Source: Veleropilina oligotropha (Eukaryota). From it: a stretch of 64,000 nt of DNA. A program made the position numbers and the translations under genes. Within the stretch, counting starts at the first letter, position 1, and each line of letters opens with the position of its first letter. Of the stretch, positions 55,569 to 64,000 are shown piece by piece. The notes below the pieces were generated by a model. It worked only from the letters and a program-made list of their open reading frames with translations. It was not told the DNA's origin and did not search any database. The stretch is taken from NCBI GenBank assembly GCA_048128005.1, contig JBEUKZ010000137.1, positions 124,001 to 188,000 on the forward strand. Reading direction: 5' to 3'.

Positions 55569-55765
55569 CTCCTGGTGTGTACAGCACTGCTTGTACAGCC
55601 TTGCGTTCCCTCTCTGATACGTTGGGATCGATCCTGTGTTTCAACATACGCATGGTTTCCTCTGGCAGCCGATGGCGTCCCTCCTCCTTGTACTTGGTGA
55701 AGTAGCAGAGAGTGTTGGCACTCATCTCAACGTTGGACGAATGAAACGTGCACTCCTCTTGGCCA
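55569..55765 (-). CDS. DENND3: DENND3-like gene, internal exon
   Basis: tttcag/gtgagt; encodes GQEECTFHSSNVEMSANTLCYFTKYKEEGRHRLPEETMRMLKHRIDPNVSERERKAVQAVLYTPG, resembling the vertebrate DENND3 segment HKINP...AVDVLLYTPG; phase 2 to 1. Confidence 0.9.
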
Positions 55766-56304
55766 CTGAAACCATTTGATGTTGTATGAATTTACAGACC
55801 TGTTTTAACACATATATAGAGGATATCGAACGAGTGTCCATTTCATATGAACATTATGAAACGAGTCGGGCACAATTTATGTACCGAGCCATGGCGAGGT
55901 ACATAAATTTGCTGACGAGTTTCATAATTCTCATATGAAATGGAAACAAGTTTGATATCTTCTTTATCACATGACTTTATTTATCTTTAAACTTATTTTA
56001 TTACGTTTTTAAACTCATTTCTTGACGTTTTTAAACTCATTTCTGTCATTAATTTCAGTCATTAAACGGCCTGCCTCAGACGCATCACGCCTCGACAGCA
56101 CGTGCCACCTAATCAACTTGGCGCCAGATGCAATGACATGGCATCATGCTCGCCCTCATTTGCATACTTATGACAAGTGTCTTTTTGTATCGAAATTTAT
56201 GGAACGGCTTATCCAATATATTGTGGAAGGAATATCTGTTGAAACCCAATGAACTCTGCCAGTTATGGACTCTATAGTAATGTGGACATATCCACTGAAC
56301 ACTA

Positions 56305-56740
56305 TATGGGCCATTATCATGATTTTGCTGCGAATCCTCTGTTCTGATTGGCTGACGTCATTTTGTTAACTGACCATGAACCCCGGCCAGCCATGGTTCA
56401 TGGATCCTTGAACCACGGTGATGTCATTCCTCTGTTCTGATTGGCTAACTGGCCGCCAAGGGAAATAACTTGGCCTTTCCGAAACTGTCGATTGCTTTGC
56501 AAATGGCTGCTATGATCATAAATAACAAGTGTTATGAATGAAATCGGGACTCTGTTAATCAAGCATCACGGTAAGAAATCAAGATGAAATCAAGATAAAT
56601 ACTTTGTCGAACAACGTCTTGGTAAATACGTTCGATTGAATACCTCATAACGTTAAACCACTCGGTGCTAGCGCCTCGTGGTTTAACTTTATTCGGTATT
56701 CAATCCACCGTATTTACTGCGACGTCGTCCGACAACTTAA
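56305..56740. mobile_element. Long-hairpin non-autonomous element (Crypton-like)
   Basis: ttctgattggct twice; arms around cactcggtgctagcgcctcgtg at 56605-56737. Confidence 0.65.
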
Positions 56741-57430
56741 AATAAACAATGATTCAAGGCAAACCCTTTCTCTTAAAAGTACATGTAGTTAAGAGTATGG
56801 AATAGTACTAAATGGTTGATAGGTGTTTTACGTATGGATAACCATGGTTCCTACGATTACTTCCCATACGTTGATGATGGTTCATTTTCTTTTCATTAAT
56901 AATTAATCATCCTGATTAAAAACAATATTCGGAATGAATAAACTCTTAGCATATTAAACACCTGTAAAGCCCACATCTCGACTGGGTGCATCCCTGCCCA
57001 TGGCAGGCATCTTGAATGCAAAACGCATGTTTCGCACAGATTGATACAAATTTCGCGAAGATAAAATGATATGTTTTTATTGAAATTATTACTGTAGCTG
57101 GGCAATATATATATATTATTGTCAAATAGAAAGCTATCTTACTTGACGAGCAGACACCTACGCAACTTTTCTCCCACTAGGTCAATCGGAAATGTCACTT
57201 GATGAGGGGTAAGTGTTGAAAATTCCTAACGTTTTAGGCTATAAACAAAAAGTGTAATGTGGTTAGTTTTCTTTTCAGAGTGCATTTATGGGCAATAGTC
57301 TATTTAAGCAAATCGGATTATAAGAGTTGACGGAAAAGCGCACACAAGATATCCTTGCGTATGCTGATGTGAAATGTAGACCATGATGAGTATCCTCGAA
57401 TATTGCTCGGATTTGCAATAAGTTGCTTAC

Positions 57431-57590
57431 CTGAGAATAATGGTGTCTATCAGCAGTACGTTTTGCGCTGCGTGGCGTATAATGCCGAAGTCTTTTGTCC
57501 CCTCTGCCACCAGTTTTCCAGCCCACATTTCGTTGATCAGAATGTACCAAGTGTTCCGTTCTTCCTTCAGCCATGCAGTAAAATGGAAAC
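57431..57590 (-). CDS. DENND3: DENND3-like gene, internal exon (first visible; upstream exons lie outside the window or beyond the nested transposase)
   Basis: ttctcag acceptor and gtaagc donor; encodes FHFTAWLKEERNTWYILINEMWAGKLVAEGTKDFGIIRHAAQNVLLIDTIIL; 160 bp, ends in phase 2, matching the next exon. Confidence 0.85.
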
Positions 57591-58563
57591 CTGAGAATAT
57601 GAATATCGACATAGTTTACTATATAAGCGTTTATTCAATACTGGGACAGAAAGTGTGACACAGGAATAAAATTTTCAAAATACTTTAATTAATGAAAACA
57701 ATGGAGTTGCATGACAGCGAGTACAGTGCAATTCAATAAATCTATATTGTGAGATAATGTGATTACTCGTTTTTATTGTTTCCAGCAAATCATTTGAAGC
57801 ATATCAAACCTTATGTAAGTAATGTGGTGTCCAAGAATCCTTTATTAGAGATTATAAAAACAAGCTATATTGTTCTTTATAATATGCATATTATAAATCA
57901 ATACAAGTATAATCAGATAATCAAAGTCATGAATGCTTAATAACAAAATTATTCTAAATCTGGTGCATTCCATTTAGGACACCATTACTTACATAAAATA
58001 ATACAATTTTTATGTAATAAAATTGTGACAATAGCATTAAAAGTACAAATTAGCATGCTATTATTAGTACAACTTATGTCTGCAACAGGTATTATTTTCA
58101 TGTAAAACCATATATACATTATTCAAAGTAATGAGTTAGAATTCAATACAATTACGTAAGTAACATGGACACCATAATTCAATATTGGTAAATAAAATTG
58201 TAGCGAACAGACTACGCATTACTTTTTCTTGAACAAGCAATGTTTAAACATCCCTTTCTCTTATGGCATATTCTGTACAGCACATAACATATATACACAG
58301 GTCTATATATCATTAATGCAATCAAAATACCAAAAAGGTCAATAATTCCTATTTCATTTTATTGACTTCCTTGTTCAGTTTTAACATCAGGATCATATGT
58401 CAGGAGAAGGAAGCCTGCAATAATATCCAGAGAATCCCAGTCACATACTCTGGTTGCAGACTACACTGACTGACAAATTTGAAATACCTTTAGACTATCA
58501 CTGCAAATTGTCAATTCCATGTCGACAGTGCAAGGCAACTTCAGTAAATAACACTGTAAGTAA

Positions 58564-58758
58564 TTAAAATTTGAACTCAAAAAGCTGAATTCTGTTACTG
58601 CTTTTATTTGTAACAAGATGCGGTGCCGAAAGCTTTCTCAATACACTGCTGGCTGGTTCAGTGGATTCATCTTTGCATGTGGGCCACTTGTAATATATTC
58701 CTGTAGCCTCCATATATTGCAGGCGAACCTCATCTGATCCTTCAAGCACATCCTTGAT
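58564..58758 (-). CDS. Transposase gene, terminal exon
   Basis: ttttgtag acceptor; IKDVLEGSDEVRLQYMEATGIYYKWPTCKDESTEPASSVLRKLSAPHLV...FEFKF*; minus-strand AATAAA at about 58357-58362. Confidence 0.7.
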   Translation of the reverse strand: MKDVLEGSDEVRLQYMEATGIYYKWPTCKDESTEPASSVLRKLSAPHLVTNKSSNRIQLFEFKF

Positions 58759-59508
58759 CTACAAAAAAGCAACATATTACAAAGAGGATGATTTTTATGT
58801 AAAGAGCCTAGTAATATTCATAACAAGATTTCAGCTGTATTGCAGTCGGGACTCGTGGTTTAACATCCGATCGGTCGACTTTGTCTTCAGAAACCAACAT
58901 GCATCTGACACGGTCGCTAATCCAAACACTGATGAGACATGGTACTATCCTAGGTTGTCTGCGGAAAGTAGTGCGGTCACTGCTATTGGAATGGGAACAA
59001 ACATGATATTCTATTTATATATATATATACTAATAACTATGATTCATTTACACATTTAAAATAACCATTCTAGACATTATTAACCTGGAAGGCTAATGGA
59101 AAAATAATAAATATATTTTTTGTGAGGATATCAAATCAAGACTATTTGTTCCCACAAAAGAGAAAACAAAACTGGAAAAAATATAATTATTAAATATCTA
59201 TGTATGACAATCATCACAATTATGTAAATCCCATTAATATGAGAAAAACAAATACAAACAAATACAAATTTAATTTGTCTCTCCTCTCAAATCTTGTTTC
59301 TAAGAACACAAAATCAAAACCAGAATGAACAGTATAAACTATTTCATGCAATTGGACTATGTCGATCATTGGTTAGTATCAACTTTATACAAGTGTAATA
59401 CACTTCCATGTTCTCACAGATGAGATATGAGACGGTGAAAGTAAATAGAACTGAATACAGAAATAATGGATTAACTCCCAATGAACATCCAAATACATCG
59501 TATAATAC

Positions 59509-59584
59509 CTCTGCTACAAACTCCTTGTAGCGCTTTCCATAAGACAGCTTGATAATAACAAATTCGCCCTCTTTGTACAAAGGC
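59509..59584 (-). CDS. Transposase gene, exon
   Basis: tcttag/gtatta; PLYKEGEFVIIKLSYGKRYKEFVAE; phase 2 to 0. Confidence 0.7.
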
Positions 59585-60525
59585 CTAAGATTTGTATAAA
59601 TAGCAATATTATAATATTAATAAATGCTGGCAAAACTTAAAACTATTGGTAATCCATATAGACACTCTAATTTTGGGTATCAGGCTTTGGTGATTGTATT
59701 TAGTTTATTGTCCTGTTAACAGCTCAAGTCATACGCATTCATATTATCGTGGGAGGAAAGCCTGAATATTACATCTAGCTGCTGCTAGTCACCTCCAGCT
59801 ATGGGCGACCGTGACTGATAGTCGCAAGAAACTTCAACAGGTTTCGAACCCACAAGATCTAGTGAAATTGGAGCAACACTGCCAAGAGAGCAGTCTGAAT
59901 GTCCGGTTGAACATCTACCTTCATTTTATTATGGACTGGCCTCTGTGATCTGACCGAAATAGAAATGTTCGAAAATTCAGATTTGTTATCCATTGGTTTA
60001 TTATATGTACTAGCAATGGTACCCGTCTTCGCCGGGTAAGTCCCCCCACCCCAATTTTTTTTTTTTTTTTTTTTGGATAGTGCTCCCTTAAATAATTTTT
60101 TTTTTTCCCGAATTTTCCGAATTTTTTTCGTGGTAAACCTTCCTTGGGGGACCCCGATTAACCCCCCAAAGTTTGAAGGTCCTAGGTCAAAGCGTCTGGG
60201 AGGAGTTCAACTTGAAACAGACACACACACATACAATTATAGCTGCATTATATGAAGAGATATAGTAATAATTTTTTTTTTTCCCGAATTTTCCGAATTT
60301 TTTTCGTGGTAAACCTAAGTTGGGGGACCCCGATTAACCCCCCAAAGTTTGAAGGTCCTAGGTCAAAGCGTCTGGGAGGAGTTCAACTTGAAACACACAC
60401 ACACACACACATACAATTATAGCTCCATTATATTAAGATGAAAACCAATGTTTCTTCATCTCAATTGTATCATACATAATCTCCCAGAAAGATAGACAAC
60501 AACTAATATTAATCATAATACCAAC

Positions 60526-60628
60526 CTTTCCGGAATAATCGCCTCCATCAGTTGTGAAATATCGCCAATAGTTTCAAAGGAGGAGTCTGTAAATAATGGT
60601 TCCAGACACGAAACATCAGCGATAGCAT
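60526..60628 (-). CDS. Transposase gene, exon
   Basis: tgtttag/gttggt; DAIADVSCLEPLFTDSSFETIGDISQLMEAIIPER; phase 1 to 2. Confidence 0.65.
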
Positions 60629-60849
60629 CTAAACAAAGATAATAAATATTTATTTTACAACTCACTGACCCATGATTTTAAAACTACTACTGTTCTACAA
60701 TCTTTTACATTAAGGTAGGCAGTGGCCACACTAATTTATCAGTTTTAATGAGAATTGATGCTGTGTGCAATGAAGAGGGCATTAAGCATGTTTTAGCAGA
60801 AGTTGTATATATATATCAGGAGTAGGACAAGTGTCTTCAATAATAGTAC

Positions 60850-61026
60850 CTATGTCCAGTTCAGGTAAGTGCAGATCATGTCCATCGTCTGTTGTTGTAA
60901 CCATGTGTTCATTTGTAGCTTGCCCAAGATATCCACCCTTGTTATGAACAAGATCAACAGTGTTTGCGGCATCTCCATTTTGAATGGGATATTCCTCACG
61001 GACATGCGAAACATCCATCTGGACGT
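60850..61026 (-). CDS. Transposase gene, acidic linker exon (copy 2 of the duplicated exon)
   Basis: attccag acceptor, gtacta donor, phase 1-1, DVQMDVSHVREEYPIQNGDAANTVDL...LHLPELDI. Confidence 0.6.
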   Translation of the reverse strand, partial: TSRWMFRMSVRNIPFKMEMPQTLLILFITRVDILGKLQMNTWLQQQTMDMICTYLNWT

Positions 61027-61503
61027 CTGGAATACAACCCATACCATATATATATTTACATTAAAATTTAACAAAATTATACTGTGTTTGCTTTTTCAAT
61101 ATTTGTAAATATATTCAAATTCAATATTTGATATTAAATTTCATTACATTGTTGTCCTATGTGTGAATGATAGTTAAAAATAAATGTTATTTTAAAGAAA
61201 TCTTCTTGTAAAGATATTGAATAATTGTTTTGCTATTATTTTGTAATATTAATAGGATGGATTGTTGCTCTATGTCATGATAAACGGACATTTACATTTT
61301 GCAAGATGTCTAATTATTGCTGGAGGAAAGTCTGAAACCGACTAATAAAACCCAAGGTAAGCGTCCACCATGACACAGGAAAATTGTTGTCCACCATCAT
61401 AAGAACTCTGGCACAGTGAAGATTGCAAAGCTTGGAACATTTTTACCAAGCCTTATAAAATTGTCTGGTGTAGGGCAAGTGCCTTCAGTTATAGTACATG
61501 TAC

Positions 61504-61662
61504 CTATGTCCAATTCAGGTAAGTGCAGGTCCTGTGCATCATCTGATGTAACCATTCGTCCATTTGTAGCTGGCGCAAGATCAACAATGTTTGCAGCATC
61601 TCCATTTTGAATGGGATATTCCTCACTGCCATGTGAAACATCCATCACGTCCATCTGAACAT
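61504..61662 (-). CDS. Transposase gene, acidic linker exon (copy 1 of a duplicated exon)
   Basis: gtttcag acceptor, phase 1-1, DVQMDVMDVSHGSEEYPIQNGDAANIVDL...LHLPELDI; donor gtacat, or an alternative phase-1 donor gtaaaa that would extend the exon to 61447. Confidence 0.6.
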
Positions 61663-62283
61663 CTGAAACACAACCCATATCATATATTTACATTATAAAA
61701 ATATACTGTATGCTTTTTCAATATTTTTAATATATTCAATTTCATTATTGATGTTCAATTTTATTACATTGATCATAATCAGCCTCATGAAGTGTGAATA
61801 AAACTTAAATATCCATGTTTGAATCCTTGTTTTGCAATATTGAGGGGTGAGTATTTTGTTCCATTTAATGTACCCAAGGTATCGGGACTTGATCCGATTA
61901 TTGTGCGAGGAAAACTGTAAATAATAAGTGAAACCCACACACTTCATTATAGACTACCACGCCTGAAAACCGTGCAATGTCTCTGAGAGGATTCTAACCA
62001 GGTAACCGCGAGGCTCTAGTGCAGGCAGGCCTGCACTCGATCACAGGCCGCCAAATATTGATGGAATGTGCTTAATATCATGGTCATGCTGTGACATATC
62101 TATAAATTGCTGGAGGATAGCTTGAAACTCACTTCAGAATCCCAAGGTAAACCACCACATGGACTTGTTTGATCCAAGATTGATAAATGTACAAGTGATG
62201 AAATCTAGAACTGAAGTCTACTCAGGTAAGTTTAAAGATAGGTCTTAACACAAAATATCCTCTGTCATCTAGGCGGACAAATT

Positions 62284-62285
<2 letters not shown>

Positions 62286-62332
<47 letters not shown>

Positions 62333-62351
62333 AATATTATTATTATTATAT
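62286..62351. repeat. (AT)n/(ATT)n microsatellite in a transposase intron
   Basis: Directly visible. Confidence 0.9.
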
Positions 62352-62376
62352 TGTTATTTATATTTATTTCACCTAC

Positions 62377-64000
62377 CTGGAATGTCAGTAGCTTTCTGAG
62401 TGGCATTTCTCGGTTTGGTCTTCAGGTTGCTCGTTTTCCAATTTCCAGTCAGGCTGCTATATTGTCAAGTCCCGGGTCCACAACCAATGCAAACAGCGCA
62501 GAAACAACTTCGTTCTCGGGAACATGTGATGAATGGCTGAATACCTCGAAAGCTGTGAAGCGATCTTGAGTCCTTCAGTGTTTTGATGTTGTTTGTCCTG
62601 CTAGGTCGTTGTCTGTTCACATCTCCTTCTTTCACGAAGAAGAAGGATCGTTTCCTATGGCAATGGTTGTTTTCGTTCTCGTTTGGAATCGTCAGGGAAC
62701 CTTTTGCATAATTATAAAAATCGATGGAATTTGAAATTACTGCCCTTCGAGATGCAACCGCCAAAGAAGCGCTTCGTTTGATGACGCCAGTTTCTCCATC
62801 GCACGGACCCTTTCCATGACGAGATCCAAAAAAGTGCTTTTCAACTTCAAAGCCAAAATCATCTTTACCGCAGGACATATCCACAAAGTTATACTTACAT
62901 TTGTACTGAGTGGGTGCACCATCAGAAAAGTGAACTTCCTTTTCGATGTCTAATCCAGTCTGCAAAAGGTATTCATTTGCTTTTCCGATTGTGTGTTGTA
63001 CCAGGTGATAATCATGTTTGTGGTCTTCAGATATGAACACCAGTGAATGGTGCATAACCTCTTCACAGTCCTCTTCCAGACATCGGTGATATGCCACTAT
63101 TGGGTGAATGGTTACCTGCTGGTATGTCCAATGTGCACTTTGAGCCTCATCTTGATGTCGACAACAATAGTTTTCGGCAAAGTCAAGGCACATCAAAACC
63201 CATTTGCTCGGAACATTTTTCTTCAAGTATTCAAACTCCTTCCCTTGCCAGTTTGCGTTAAAGAGGTGTTTTGAAAATGGTATTACCTGTTTCTTTAACT
63301 CTTCTACAAATTCCTTAAAGGACCCATTAACACATTTGAGTGCCATGTACCTTTTAGACACTGGATTACCATTGGTTGTTGTGATCTTTTCATCCTGTTC
63401 CCACTTCTGCCACGATATCTGGTTTTCAGATGATACTCTTAGCAGGTTGGCAAGCTGCTGGTCCAATTTCTTGATTCCACAATCTTTGCAGGTTCTATCA
63501 ATACATTCTTTCTTGTAAAATCCAGCTTCTTTGGGGCACAAAGTATTCCGGGATAGATCATATCTATCACTGGCAATAACCGCGTTCTTGTTTTGCACAC
63601 AGAACGATTTCAGGCTTCTCACCTTGAAGTCAAGGTTGATGCAGTATTCGCATAGGCACTGTAGATATTTGTGCTTGTTCATCGTCATAATATTCTTGGG
63701 TTTCAAACTTACAAACTTGCTGAATGAAATTTTCTTGTCAGGGTTTTCTTCGATATATTTGTCAAATGTAGATTTTAATGAATTTTCCAATGCTCTTCTT
63801 ACAGACAAATCCTTTTTGACCGACCTCTGGTTTGGCAGCTCTCTTGATACATACATTTTTTCGTAGAATTCTGTAACTGTGTGAACAATACTTTCAGGCA
63901 AGGCATCTTTTCGCTCCTTCCTCTTGATTTCCAAAAGATCATCTTTGTTTTGTTTTGATATCTTTCGACTTAGGTTAAACTGCTTATGGAGCTTTCGATT
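62377..64000 (-). mobile_element. Large exon of a DDD transposase (Sola2-like), 5'-truncated by the window, with an in-frame TGA at 62465-62467
   Basis: Frame open from 64000; motifs CLCEYC, DFAENY, QSAHW, SDGAPTQYK, HGKGPCDG and CFCAVC; frame stays open for 29 codons after the TGA up to a G|gtaggt donor. Confidence 0.85.

Noticed and set aside
58360..58410. SECIS-like stem (ATGA...AAAA...GGAA) in the transposase 3' UTR
   Set aside because: The upper helix is too short and asymmetric for a canonical SECIS by eye
62465..63934. Treating the 489-aa ORF as a complete gene
   Set aside because: It starts at a TTG with the frame open to the window edge, and coding-like sequence continues past the TGA into further exons

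Overview
AT-rich animal genomic DNA (the repeat complement suggests a mollusc or similar marine invertebrate); nothing here looks prokaryotic. The right half holds the last eight coding exons of a minus-strand DENND3-like gene (C-terminal WD40 region, stop at 40156-40158), with every splice phase consistent. Upstream of these, in the same orientation, lies a six-exon DDD-type (Sola2-like) transposase gene that runs off the window end. It has an in-frame TGA in its Cys cluster and a tandemly duplicated exon. The rest is mostly non-autonomous mobile DNA: satellite-carrying Helentron/HINE-like elements (~156-158-bp arrays), tRNA-derived SINEs, MITEs (Kolobok-, PIF- and Mutator-like), L2/CR1 fragments, a probable solo LTR, many long-hairpin (Crypton-like) elements and a degraded Crypton/DUF3504-like exon. 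Notable oddities: SINE tails that form two of the host gene's splice acceptors, an acceptor regenerated by tandem duplication, a 42-bp array built from two palindromes, and a hairpin whose duplicated arm has become the perfect complement of the opposite arm. Family assignments rest on recalled motifs, not database searches.
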